IMG/VR virus record: IMGVR_UViG_3300020577_014401
Coordinates: 1-64,000 of that record
Source of the DNA: a virus
Lineage: Duplodnaviria; Caudoviricetes
Reading direction: 5' to 3' (one strand)
Length of the DNA stretch: 64,000 nucleotides
Of the stretch, positions 39,432 to 48,940 are shown in pieces (the first letter of the stretch is position 1; each line of letters opens with the position of its first letter). The translations under genes were made by a program, and so were the position numbers. Under the pieces are notes generated by a model that saw only the letters and a program-made list of their open reading frames with translations, was not told the origin of the DNA and made no database searches.

Positions 39432-40274
39432 ATGATTCGCGCTTTCTCTTGGATCTTGTTCGCGGCGCTGGCCATCGCCAGTTGCCAGGTGCAATCCGCC
39501 GATCCGTTGCCGACGCCCAAGTCGACGGTCAAGTTCCCGGTTCTCCCGGTGAAGCCGGTCGACGACAAGAAGGCCGAGCCGACGACTCCGCCGGCCAATG
39601 ACATCCCGGTTCTCGACGAGGGCGTCTACTACGTCATCCACGACGACGCCCCGTTCATCACGTACGCATCGCCGGCGAATTTGGTCCACATCACCAAGAC
39701 GACCGGGCCGGTCAAACTGCTCGGCAAGTTCATCGACGGCACCGGCGACTTCGAAGAGAAGGAGTACAAGTCGAAGAACGTCACAATCATCCGTGCCAAG
39801 GCTCAAGGCCGGGTCGAGCTGATCGTCAACGCCGTCGGAGCTGTCGACGAGTCGACCGCCCAGCGGAAGTTGATCGACGTGATCTCTGGTCAAGGGCCGA
39901 TCCCGCCGCCCAAGCCGGTGGTGCCGGTGACGCCGACGGAAGTGAAGTCGTTCCGGGTGATCTTCGTGATCGAATCGGGCTCGACTCCGACCGCCGCCCA
40001 GCTCGGCGTGTCCGACGCGAAGCTGGTTCGCGACTACCTGACTGCGAAATGCACCAAGGAGGGCGAATGGCCGGGCTGGCGCCGGTACGACCCGGACGCC
40101 GATGTGACCAACGAGCAGCCGACGATGAAGGCGTTGTGGGAGGCTGTGAAGCCGAAGATCACTTCGACCCCTTGCCTGGTTGTCGAGACCAACGGGAAAG
40201 TCGACATTCTTCCATACCCGAAAAACTCAGTCGAGAGTCTGTCGTTGCTCAAGAAATATGCGGAGGGCAAATGA
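39432..40274 (+). CDS. secreted/lipoprotein with Pro linker and thioredoxin-like C-terminal domain
   Basis: Signal peptide (LAIASC), GPIPPPKP linker, FRVIFVIES...TPCLVV. Confidence 0.6.
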   Translation: MIRAFSWILFAALAIASCQVQSADPLPTPKSTVKFPVLPVKPVDDKKAEPTTPPANDIPVLDEGVYYVIHDDAPFITYASPANLVHITKTTGPVKLLGKFIDGTGDFEEKEYKSKNVTIIRAKAQGRVELIVNAVGAVDESTAQRKLIDVISGQGPIPPPKPVVPVTPTEVKSFRVIFVIESGSTPTAAQLGVSDAKLVRDYLTAKCTKEGEWPGWRRYDPDADVTNEQPTMKALWEAVKPKITSTPCLVVETNGKVDILPYPKNSVESLSLLKKYAEGK

Positions 40275-40837
40275 CTTCGGTGATCCAGTCCAACCAAAAC
40301 GATCATCTTCTGCGTCGTCTGTGGCGGCAAATCGCCATTGATGGCCAAAGTGGCTGTTGGGTGTGGACTGGAACAATATCCACAGACCACATGCACTACG
40401 GCCAGGTCAGTGTCAATAACCGAGCACAGAAAGTTCATCGGTTGATGTACACACTGATGGTCGGCCCCATCCCGACCGGGCTCTGTGTTCTTCACAAATG
40501 CGACAACCCGCCATGCTGCAATCCTGGTCATTTGTTTACTGGGACGAACGAAGACAACACAAATGATCGCCACAGAAAAGGCAGATCTGCCCGAGGATTG
40601 GCGAGTGGTCGGCATACAAAACCGGAGCGGACAGCGAGAGGGAGTAGGAACGGTCGTTCGAAGCTGACAGAATCGAAAGTGGCGACGATCCGCGATCGCT
40701 ACGCGACCGGTAACGTATTCCTGAAAACTCTCGCCAAAGAGTACAATGTTTCGACTCAAGTTGTGTGGAGGATTGTTCGGGGTATCAGTTGGAAAACCTT
40801 CGAAGACAAGACTTCACCCACTAAAAGGACTCAGTGA
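40271..40837 (+). CDS. HNH homing endonuclease
   Basis: CWVWTG...KVHRL...VLHKCDNPPCCNPGHLFTGTNEDNTND plus C-terminal HTH; AT-richer. Confidence 0.9.
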   Translation: MTSVIQSNQNDHLLRRLWRQIAIDGQSGCWVWTGTISTDHMHYGQVSVNNRAQKVHRLMYTLMVGPIPTGLCVLHKCDNPPCCNPGHLFTGTNEDNTNDRHRKGRSARGLASGRHTKPERTARGSRNGRSKLTESKVATIRDRYATGNVFLKTLAKEYNVSTQVVWRIVRGISWKTFEDKTSPTKRTQ

Positions 40838-40840
40838 ATC

Positions 40841-41674
40841 ATGGCCATCGAACTCTACCGCGGGAAAATTCCGATCATTCGCCGTTCCCTGAACGACGGA
40901 TTCATCCGCGGCACGCCGGACGACCTCCCGAGCACCGGCTGCGTCGAACGCGACTACGACATCGACCCGGTCGCGATGGGTGACTCGCCGGCGGCGATGA
41001 AGCTTGTCGAAGACAGCGAGCTGGACGCCATCTTCGACGAACAGGAAGCGCAGGAATCCTCTCTCGAGCACATGTACGTGCGAGATGGAAGTCCGGCGTT
41101 CGAGTTCCTCGACCAGAACGGATTCCCCGACTGCTGGTTCCACTCGACGGCCCACGCCCTGATGGTCGACCGGATGAAGCAGGGGCTCCCTCCGGTCCGG
41201 TTCAACGCCGTGGCCGGCGCCACGCTGCTCAACCAGACCAACGGCGGCTGGTGCGGCCTGTCGATGAAGTTCATCCGCGAGAAGGGCTGCCCGGTCATCG
41301 GCAGCGGCCCCGGCGAGTGGCCGTACCACACCCGCAGCAACCACGACTCGCCCGAACTCCGGGCGAACATGGCCAAGTACAAGTCGCTCGAGGACTGGTA
41401 CGACTTGGGCCGTCGTGAATGGGACCAGAAGCTGTCGCAGCGACAGCTCCGCACGCTCGGGTGCGGCAACATCCCCGTTCCGACGGATTACAACAAGTAC
41501 GGCCACAGCATGCTCATGATCCGCCTGGTGCGGATCGAGAAGGGCCACTGGGGCCGTCTCACGCTGAACTCCTGGAAGGGGTTCGGCTACCTGGGCCTCT
41601 GCGTGATCCCGGAGACGACGGCCGACGTCAACAACGCCGTCGCCCTCAGGGTGAGTTCGTCCACCTACAAGTGA
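40841..41674 (+). CDS. papain-like (C1-type) cysteine peptidase
   Basis: DQNGFPDCW (oxyanion Gln, catalytic Cys), GHSM (His), LNSW (Asn). Confidence 0.8.
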   Translation: MAIELYRGKIPIIRRSLNDGFIRGTPDDLPSTGCVERDYDIDPVAMGDSPAAMKLVEDSELDAIFDEQEAQESSLEHMYVRDGSPAFEFLDQNGFPDCWFHSTAHALMVDRMKQGLPPVRFNAVAGATLLNQTNGGWCGLSMKFIREKGCPVIGSGPGEWPYHTRSNHDSPELRANMAKYKSLEDWYDLGRREWDQKLSQRQLRTLGCGNIPVPTDYNKYGHSMLMIRLVRIEKGHWGRLTLNSWKGFGYLGLCVIPETTADVNNAVALRVSSSTYK

Positions 41675-41684
41675 GGTCGTCGCC

Positions 41685-42170
41685 ATGAGACTCGTCTACG
41701 CCCTTGTCGCCGCGGCCCTGACCGCAACGGCGGCCGCCGGCGCCGAACCGCCCAAGTTCGTCGTCACCAACAAGATCCCGCAGAGCTTCCAGATCGAGAA
41801 CAAACTCTCGGTCAAGAAGACGACCTGCGGGTGCGCCTCGACTGGCAAGTGCGCGTGCTGGAATGACGAGTGCGACTGCCCGGCGTGCGGCCGCGGCGCC
41901 AAAGCCAAGCAAGGCGGCCCGGGAGGTGCCGCCGTCAACCGCCCTTTCGATCCGGCGGTTACCACGCCTCCCACGAATGCCCAAACTGCGGCACCTACGG
42001 ACTCGAAACCCGCATCGTCCGCGGGTACACCGGATCCGGAGGACACTACCATTCCTGCCCCAAGTGCTCAACCACTTGGTGGCATTCAGACCCTGGGCGG
42101 TAACTGCGCCAACGGCCAGTGCCAGTCCGCTTCGTCGAAGCCGGTTTCCCGATTCCGGCTTTTCCGATAA
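41685..42170 (+). CDS. secreted Cys-rich protein; dual-coding with a -1 frame Zn-ribbon
   Basis: Signal peptide, CxC cluster, C-terminal CANGQC...RFRLFR. Confidence 0.7.
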   Translation: MRLVYALVAAALTATAAAGAEPPKFVVTNKIPQSFQIENKLSVKKTTCGCASTGKCACWNDECDCPACGRGAKAKQGGPGGAAVNRPFDPAVTTPPTNAQTAAPTDSKPASSAGTPDPEDTTIPAPSAQPLGGIQTLGGNCANGQCQSASSKPVSRFRLFR

Positions 42171-42212
42171 TCTGACCACGATTCGCCCGACCAACCATCC
42201 GGAGACAGCGAC

Positions 42213-42503
42213 ATGAGCCTCTTTTCCGATCTCAAGGCCCTGTACGACGCGATCAGCGCCGACCAGCGGAACTGGAAGACCATCCTCGACGCTTTCATGA
42301 AGGTGGCCGCCCACTTCTTCTCGGACTCGCCCCCGACGGTCGGCGACGACGGCGAGACCGGCGACGCCAAGGAACTGGCTCAACAGATCCTCGCCAAGTG
42401 CGAAGCGCCGGCCACGTTCGGGGCCGACGGCGTCGGCGCGAACGGCGAGAAGATCCTCGAGTTCATCAAGCTGGTGCTGCCGCTGATCATCAAGTGGCTG
42501 TGA
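42213..42503 (+). CDS. small protein with amphipathic C-terminus
   Basis: GGAG SD; ILEFIKLVLPLIIKWL. Confidence 0.65.
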   Translation: MSLFSDLKALYDAISADQRNWKTILDAFMKVAAHFFSDSPPTVGDDGETGDAKELAQQILAKCEAPATFGADGVGANGEKILEFIKLVLPLIIKWL

Positions 42504-42513
42504 ACCCGGGAAG

Positions 42514-42873
42514 ATGACCATGCCTTGGTCGCTGATCATCTCCGGGTTGTGGGTCATCTTCGGCCCGTACATCACGGAACTCGCGCGGCTTCTCTTGGAC
42601 AAGTGGTTCAAGAAAGCCGCCGAGCTCCTTCCCGAACCGTCGTTCGGGGGTGTGGAAGAAGGATCGGCCGAGTACGCTGTTCGACTCAGGAACTGTCGGC
42701 TCGAGCTGATCGACAAGACGTTGGAGATCCTGCCCTGGCACGCCAAGGGCAGGAAAACCATGTTGAGGGTGATGCGGGCCGCGATCATGATGAGCGGCCT
42801 GTCTGAAATCCAACTGAACCAGTCGTGGATCGACGACCTGTCCGACGCGGACGCGCAAATCGAAAAGGATTGA
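42514..42873 (+). CDS. small membrane-anchored protein
   Basis: N-terminal hydrophobic helix. Confidence 0.6.
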   Translation: MTMPWSLIISGLWVIFGPYITELARLLLDKWFKKAAELLPEPSFGGVEEGSAEYAVRLRNCRLELIDKTLEILPWHAKGRKTMLRVMRAAIMMSGLSEIQLNQSWIDDLSDADAQIEKD

Positions 42874-42885
42874 TCGAACCTCCCG

Positions 42886-44916
42886 ATGAGCAGCCCGACG
42901 CCCAAACAGTTGATCGGAGGATACTGGGGCGTCAATCCGTCGCCGGTCGTTGACGACTACGCCGGCGTCTGCTCGGCGGTGTCCGGCCCTGGCTCCGGTC
43001 TCTACGCCGGCTCCCCGCTCGCCTGTTGGGCCATTCAAAGAACCCAACGCGTGTTCCCCGGCCCGAATGGCTCCGTGGCGTACGGGTACCCGGCCCCGGC
43101 TTCCGATCCTGTTTGGATTTCACTGACACAGTCGTCCGGGCCGGTCCTGACCAAAGGCCCGGATTTCATCATCGAAGACGGGTATGTCTGGTTCACACGC
43201 GATCCGTTTTTCGATCGCCCAGGCCGGATGGAATTCTCGGCCGCCAACGGCTTCCAACCGGTGCTGGACATCTGGTACGGGGCCGAACCGACTTCGGTAC
43301 AAGAAACGCCTCCGCTCGACGCAACCGCCTACGCGCTCGCCAAGTCGATCGCCACGTCCACCGATTCGCCGTGCTCCGGACCGGTGCGTGAAACCGTGAC
43401 CGACATCTGGCAGGCGGCCGACGGGTCCTGGAGGGTCGTCACGAACGTCGCCGTCTACCGCCTCGAATCCGGGAACGATCCGGTCGTGGTTGCCGGGGAC
43501 GTCCTGGCTCCTGGTTCGCCGATCGGCCAGGCTTGGTCGTTGGAGAAGCTCGATTTCCGGACAGTGTCGGATTACATCACACTGCCGGCGTCCTTCATGC
43601 AAGGCGTCACGGAAGGCAACGTCACCTGGTACCGGGAGAATTGTCCGATCCTGGTCGACGACTACGCCGGCCGGACGCGTGTCCGATTCGACCTCGGCGT
43701 CGAGTCGATCGCCGACTTCGACGCCATCTGGGAAGCGTCGATGGTCAACGGCGTCGAGAACGGCCGCACATTGGCCCAAGCTCTCGACACAAGGCCGTCT
43801 GGAACGGGCGACCCGGGGGCGGCCAACCTGCCTCGGGTCGTCAGTCCGATGCGGTTGCTGGCCAAGGAGTTGCTGGCCGGATGCGCCTATCGACTGATCG
43901 TCAAACCGGACAAGTTCGGACCTTCGGGTCTTTCGGTCGATCAAGTGGCCGCGGCGGCGAGAACCGCTGCCGGCTCATATCCGGCTATCTTTGTGTGGGA
44001 AAACGAGGAACCGGTGTACGACCCGGTCCAGCCGTCGACGACGACTACGACCACGCACCCTCCCACGACGACGACAACCACGTATCCGCCTACGACAACC
44101 ACAACCACGTACCCGCCCACGACGACCACGACCACCATTCCGCCCACGACAACCACCACAACGGTTCCTGGCGGCGACTGGTACTGCATCAATGTCACGT
44201 CGTTCTCGTCGCCGGGCGGCCCCGGCTACAACTGCTTCAATGGCAGTGCTGGAACCGGGCCGATGTGTGTCCAGCAAAGCAGCGTGGTCGGAGGCGGGTT
44301 CCCGTGCGGACCGTCGGGGACGACGAATTGCCATCAGGGGTGTGGCGGCGGGGTTTCGACATACTACGACGTCACTTCCGGACCGCACGCCGATTACGCC
44401 GCGTGCTCGGTATCGTGCGGCGGCGTCACAACGACGACCAACACTACGATCGCTCCGGTGCCGCTGCAGTACGATTGTTCGCTCGGTTCTTGCGTCGGCA
44501 TCCTGATCGGCGACTACCCGACATTGGCCGAGTGTGAAGCGGCTTGTGGCGGGTACACTCCCGGAGACTGTTGCACGCTTGGAGCCCTGTACCACCCTGA
44601 TCTGAAACTGACCATCGCTGACGGTCCGAACGCGGGCGATCACACTGTCACTTGGGCCGCCGGTTGCTACCCTGATGGCTGCTGGGTGGCGTTGACCCCG
44701 AGCCTCGGCGCGGAGATCTTGTTCGGCTGTGGAAAAGTCGAAACCGGGACCTGGAGGGTGAAAATCACCCCGACGGTCCACCCGGCCATCGGCTGGAGCG
44801 ACTCTGCCAAGGCCGCCACGCAAACCTGCATGCCGTCGTTCCTCGCCATGTGGGACGACGCGGACGTGCTGGCGTTCTTCAGTACGACCCAGCCGATTCG
44901 GTTGACCGTGGCTTGA
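42886..44916 (+). CDS. baseplate/tail protein fused to a mucin-like Thr-rich linker and Cys-rich domains
   Basis: N-terminal ~380 aa resemble a structural/wedge domain; (T6xPP) repeats; Cys-rich C-terminal half. Confidence 0.65.
   Translation: MSSPTPKQLIGGYWGVNPSPVVDDYAGVCSAVSGPGSGLYAGSPLACWAIQRTQRVFPGPNGSVAYGYPAPASDPVWISLTQSSGPVLTKGPDFIIEDGYVWFTRDPFFDRPGRMEFSAANGFQPVLDIWYGAEPTSVQETPPLDATAYALAKSIATSTDSPCSGPVRETVTDIWQAADGSWRVVTNVAVYRLESGNDPVVVAGDVLAPGSPIGQAWSLEKLDFRTVSDYITLPASFMQGVTEGNVTWYRENCPILVDDYAGRTRVRFDLGVESIADFDAIWEASMVNGVENGRTLAQALDTRPSGTGDPGAANLPRVVSPMRLLAKELLAGCAYRLIVKPDKFGPSGLSVDQVAAAARTAAGSYPAIFVWENEEPVYDPVQPSTTTTTTHPPTTTTTTYPPTTTTTTYPPTTTTTTIPPTTTTTTVPGGDWYCINVTSFSSPGGPGYNCFNGSAGTGPMCVQQSSVVGGGFPCGPSGTTNCHQGCGGGVSTYYDVTSGPHADYAACSVSCGGVTTTTNTTIAPVPLQYDCSLGSCVGILIGDYPTLAECEAACGGYTPGDCCTLGALYHPDLKLTIADGPNAGDHTVTWAAGCYPDGCWVALTPSLGAEILFGCGKVETGTWRVKITPTVHPAIGWSDSAKAATQTCMPSFLAMWDDADVLAFFSTTQPIRLTVA
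44035..44169 (+). repeat. 5 x TTTTTTxP(P/G) 27-bp coding repeats
   Basis: Direct reading; Thr codons are diversified. Confidence 0.9.
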
Positions 44917-44938
44917 TGAACCTGACGACAAGGAACCG

Positions 44939-45163
44939 ATGACTTCCAAGGAATTGATCAACTCGTTGATCAAACGGAAAATCCCCAGGGCGACCGTCTC
45001 ATTGGAGCCGGCGGACGACGGGTACCGGCTGAAAGTGGTCTCCGATCACTTTCGAGGTGCCCAGTTGACCGACCGGCAGAGCATGGTCTACCAGGCGCTC
45101 GATCGGGCGCCTCTTCCGCTGCTGGCCAAGATCATGGCGATCGACTGTCACGACGGGTGCTGA
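44939..45163 (+). CDS. BolA-like protein
   Basis: LKVVSDHFRGAQLTDRQSMVYQAL matches the BolA VVSxxFxGxxxxxRxxxVYxAL signature. Confidence 0.75.
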   Translation: MTSKELINSLIKRKIPRATVSLEPADDGYRLKVVSDHFRGAQLTDRQSMVYQALDRAPLPLLAKIMAIDCHDGC

Positions 45164-47359
45164 TTGGAACCCTCGACCACAACCACGACGACGCAGGGCC
45201 CCTGCAACAACACCTGTCCGGCCCCGGACTGGCGGGACCCGCCCGTACTCGATCCGTGGACAACCACCACCACGACGTCGGGCGGCGGGTCCACGACTAC
45301 GTCTACGACTGAGGCGCCATGCCCGGGGACGTGTCGATTCACCTGGAGCGTAGGATCGAAAACTTGGGTCAAATCTTCGTCGACGTGCGGTGAAGGATGC
45401 GCCTGCTCGCCTCCGACGTTCTGCCCGCCCGACCCGGGTACCCCAGTTTGCACGGATACGTATTGCTACCGAAATTCTTACGATTCGCCGCTTCCAAATT
45501 GCACCGGTACGACCACGTCATACGGTCCGGATGACTGCGCGCCCCGCACCACGACAACCACCACTATTGCCGGATGTGTCCCCGGTAATTGTTACGGTTG
45601 TGATTGGTTCTGCCACCCAGTCTCGAAAAGATGGATTGGACTACCGGGCAACGAATGCGACGGGTGCAACATCAGGTGCCAAAACACCTGCGCCGGACCG
45701 ACCAAGCCTTGTTTGGGCGATTGTTCCGTTGTCCACACTGATTGCGCTCCGGTTCCTCCGCAGCCGCCGGCTGATGACCCGATAACATGTAACGGAGACT
45801 GCTTATTCCACTGGGTGCCGGCGACTGATTTCACCGCCGGCTACTGGTTCCGCGACCAAGATCGCCCAGGTTGCAAATTTACCGGACTGACCGGCTCTCA
45901 AATTTGCAGTTGCGCCGACCCTACTTTCGAAGGCACCTACTGCGGCGCCCCTGTTCTGACGCCGTGTACTCTTAAGGAGCAAGTCGCAGGTACCACTACG
46001 ACCACTACTAGAGGATGCCCTGTCATCCCGGTCTGGACGACCCCTCCGTATGACCCGAACAACCCATGCGCCGGCTATTGTTACTGGAGATCGGACGGGG
46101 CTGGTGGGTGGCTCTTATCCAGTGGTTGCCCGAGTTGTGACTGCGCTCAACCTCCGGCGGCCTCGTCTTCGTCATGCGCTATTGCACAAACTCCGTGTGG
46201 GGTCCCGACGACAACGACCACGACCATTCCACCACCCACAACAACTACGACTACACCGAATCCTTGCGGTACATCGCAATGCGTCTGGACGTGTTACGGC
46301 CCGTCTTCGACCTGGAATCTCAATTCCAATCCGTGCAACACCGGGTGCGGATGCGTCTACCCGACTGCGACGTGCGGCAGCGAACAACACGGCGCCGGCA
46401 TCGGCACCGCCTGCATCATCGACGGCACGACGACGACGACAACCGCCCCGGCCGTGAACTGCAACTGTGTCTACGATCCGGCCGCTCCGGATTATGTCGC
46501 TCAGAAACCGTGCTCGGCCGGTCTCCCGGCCGCCGGCGTAAACGTCGCAGTCAGTGTGATTTCGAGTCTTCTTCCGAGATGTCGTTTGTTGTCGACAGGG
46601 TGGAATTGCCCGACGAAAAGCGGCAATTGCACTTATGTCGGGACCGGCAACGACGACATCAACAACATTCACCTCGACGCCACGGTCATCCGCGGCATCG
46701 ATGGTGGAGGCAACGCCGTCACTCTGGTTTACATCTACGACGCCTCCGACGGCTCGTCTTTGACCTACCGGATGGCGTCTCCTCCACCGATCGATTGTTG
46801 CACTACCGACAGCGTTCCCAACTTCGAACAAGTCGGGTTCTCCGAGTGCGGAGGGTTGACAGGCACCAATGCCGATCTGACGCCGCTCTCGTCACCGTGC
46901 GAGTGTTCGACAACCACCACGACGACGGTCCTCCCGTCGACAACCACGACGACAACCTTGCCTCCGGGCACGTTGCAGTATTACTGCATCGACGAGACGC
47001 AGTGTTCGATGATCAGCTGCACGTCCTGCACCGGAGCTACAACTCGTAGTTGCCAAGGTTGGTACTCGACACCGCCGACCTGCTCTGACACTGGCGCGAC
47101 TTCAGTCCACAGAGTCATCGTCGCCGGCCCGTTCGCCAGCACTCTCGCATGCGGAGAATCCTGCAGCGGAACTCCGACGACCACGACAGCCGGGTCGGCC
47201 TACAAGTGCTACAGCTGCCCGCCGGAAGGAGGCGGTATCGGCATCGGTACCTGCATCCTCGACGGAGATCCGGTGCCCAGCGGATGCCTCGGACCTCTTA
47301 GCTCGTGGTCGTCGTTTGCAGCATGTTCGGCCGGTTGCGTCGGAGGAATTACTCCGTAG
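45164..47359 (+). CDS. Cys-rich, poly-Thr mucin-like protein (731 aa)
   Basis: Alternating Cys-rich modules (C-x-W...C-x-C-x-xP) and Thr runs; weak TTG start. Confidence 0.7.
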   Translation: MEPSTTTTTTQGPCNNTCPAPDWRDPPVLDPWTTTTTTSGGGSTTTSTTEAPCPGTCRFTWSVGSKTWVKSSSTCGEGCACSPPTFCPPDPGTPVCTDTYCYRNSYDSPLPNCTGTTTSYGPDDCAPRTTTTTTIAGCVPGNCYGCDWFCHPVSKRWIGLPGNECDGCNIRCQNTCAGPTKPCLGDCSVVHTDCAPVPPQPPADDPITCNGDCLFHWVPATDFTAGYWFRDQDRPGCKFTGLTGSQICSCADPTFEGTYCGAPVLTPCTLKEQVAGTTTTTTRGCPVIPVWTTPPYDPNNPCAGYCYWRSDGAGGWLLSSGCPSCDCAQPPAASSSSCAIAQTPCGVPTTTTTTIPPPTTTTTTPNPCGTSQCVWTCYGPSSTWNLNSNPCNTGCGCVYPTATCGSEQHGAGIGTACIIDGTTTTTTAPAVNCNCVYDPAAPDYVAQKPCSAGLPAAGVNVAVSVISSLLPRCRLLSTGWNCPTKSGNCTYVGTGNDDINNIHLDATVIRGIDGGGNAVTLVYIYDASDGSSLTYRMASPPPIDCCTTDSVPNFEQVGFSECGGLTGTNADLTPLSSPCECSTTTTTTVLPSTTTTTTLPPGTLQYYCIDETQCSMISCTSCTGATTRSCQGWYSTPPTCSDTGATSVHRVIVAGPFASTLACGESCSGTPTTTTAGSAYKCYSCPPEGGGIGIGTCILDGDPVPSGCLGPLSSWSSFAACSAGCVGGITP

Positions 47360-47399
47360 AACCACTCGTAGCCGCAATTCGTGCAACAGGAACTTCACC

Positions 47400-48920
47400 A
47401 TGGCTGTGCTGACAATCGGGATGGCGTGCTATCGGAGCTACGAGTCGGTCTACTTCACGTGTCTCTCGCTCCGGGTGCTCCACGGTTGGTCGTTCGAACT
47501 GGTCGTCATCGACAACGCCCCGGAGTCGTGCCAGCGAACCAAGGCGATTGTTCACAGCTGCGGCGGCCGCTATTACCATCGCCCGGATTTGAACGGAACG
47601 ACCAGGCCGCGAAACGCCTGCTTCCAGTACGCCAACACCCCGTGGGTCATGGTCATCGACGACCATGTCATTCTCGACAACGGGGCCGTGGCCGCCGCGA
47701 TCGATTACGCCGATCGCAACCCGCTTTCTAAGGACATCATTTCCGGTCCGATTCTGGGAGACGACGGACGCTGGGTGGCCACCCACTGGCAATCCGATCT
47801 GCCCCACAACCTGTGGGGGGTGTGGGGCTGCACCGGCGATTTCCAGGACCGTTGGGGGAAACAGAACGAATCGACCTGGAACAGAGCGTCGGCCAGAGCC
47901 GCGGTCGATCGGATGGAGCCGTTCGAAATCCCGTCGATGGGACTCGGGCTGTGGATGATGCGGAAGGCCGCGTGGCCCGAGTTCAATCCGCACTTCCGAA
48001 AGTTCGGCGGCGAAGAAGGTTACATCCACGAGAAAGTTCGTCGTCTCGGCGGCAAGGCGATCTGCCACCCCAAGATCCGATGGCATCACAAGTTCCGCGA
48101 TCCGTCGAAGCCCGGTGAAATCCCGTATCCGTTGGATCTGGAAAACCACGTTCGCAATCTGCTGCTCGGGGGGCAGGAACTCGGAATCGATCACATCGAG
48201 GATGTTTGGGAGCACTACGGCAAGCGGCTGAACGGTGGGCGACGATCGTTCGACTCGATCGTCGCCAATGTCAAATCCATCCAGCCGTTCGGGCAACTGT
48301 ACGCTCGGAAAAGACTGAACATTTTGGGTGTCTGGTACACCAACAACGCAGCCCCTGAGCATGTTCTTCGGTCGTCGCTCATGACGGTCCGGCAGGCCCG
48401 CAGCGAATCGTTTCACGATGTGGTGATCGGGACCAGCAGCTGGGCGCCGATCGCCGACAACACGTTTCCAAACGCGATCGCCTCCCAGGCGACGAAACGA
48501 AAGCCGGGCCACGCGACGATCATCAACCAGATTCGCGAAGCCTGGGAAGTCGGCCAAAAGTCGAGGAAGAATTGGACCCCGGACGTCATCTGCTTCCTCG
48601 AGCATGACGTGCTGTACCCGCCCGGCTATTTCGATCGGGTCGGGGACATGTTCTTGTTGAAGCCGTCCGCCGAGGTTGTCAATCACACCGATTACATTGG
48701 GCTGAACCAGACCGGCTGGTTGCGGATCGCCAACATGGATACCCCGCTTCACCAGTTGTCGATGCGACCCAAGAAGGCTCTCGACAATCTGGTTCGGGCG
48801 GAAGTGGATTGCGACCGGCAGGGATGGGCGTATCTTGAACCGGATCACGGCGCAGACAGGTCCGCCTGGGCCGTTTACCCGATCGACGGATTTTCCCCCA
48901 GCGTCCACATCAACTGGTAA
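47400..48920 (+). CDS. glycosyltransferase, GT-A/GT2-like (two domains)
   Basis: LTIGMACY...ELVVIDN...RNACF...VMVIDDH; FGGEEG; second domain CFLEHDVLYP. Confidence 0.8.
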   Translation: MAVLTIGMACYRSYESVYFTCLSLRVLHGWSFELVVIDNAPESCQRTKAIVHSCGGRYYHRPDLNGTTRPRNACFQYANTPWVMVIDDHVILDNGAVAAAIDYADRNPLSKDIISGPILGDDGRWVATHWQSDLPHNLWGVWGCTGDFQDRWGKQNESTWNRASARAAVDRMEPFEIPSMGLGLWMMRKAAWPEFNPHFRKFGGEEGYIHEKVRRLGGKAICHPKIRWHHKFRDPSKPGEIPYPLDLENHVRNLLLGGQELGIDHIEDVWEHYGKRLNGGRRSFDSIVANVKSIQPFGQLYARKRLNILGVWYTNNAAPEHVLRSSLMTVRQARSESFHDVVIGTSSWAPIADNTFPNAIASQATKRKPGHATIINQIREAWEVGQKSRKNWTPDVICFLEHDVLYPPGYFDRVGDMFLLKPSAEVVNHTDYIGLNQTGWLRIANMDTPLHQLSMRPKKALDNLVRAEVDCDRQGWAYLEPDHGADRSAWAVYPIDGFSPSVHINW

Positions 48921-48940
48921 ATCACAACAGGAACCATTCA

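Noticed and set aside
45155-45220. Selenocysteine at the GC-UGA junction
   Set aside because: No SECIS-like hairpin immediately downstream; only generic readthrough is kept as a hypothesis
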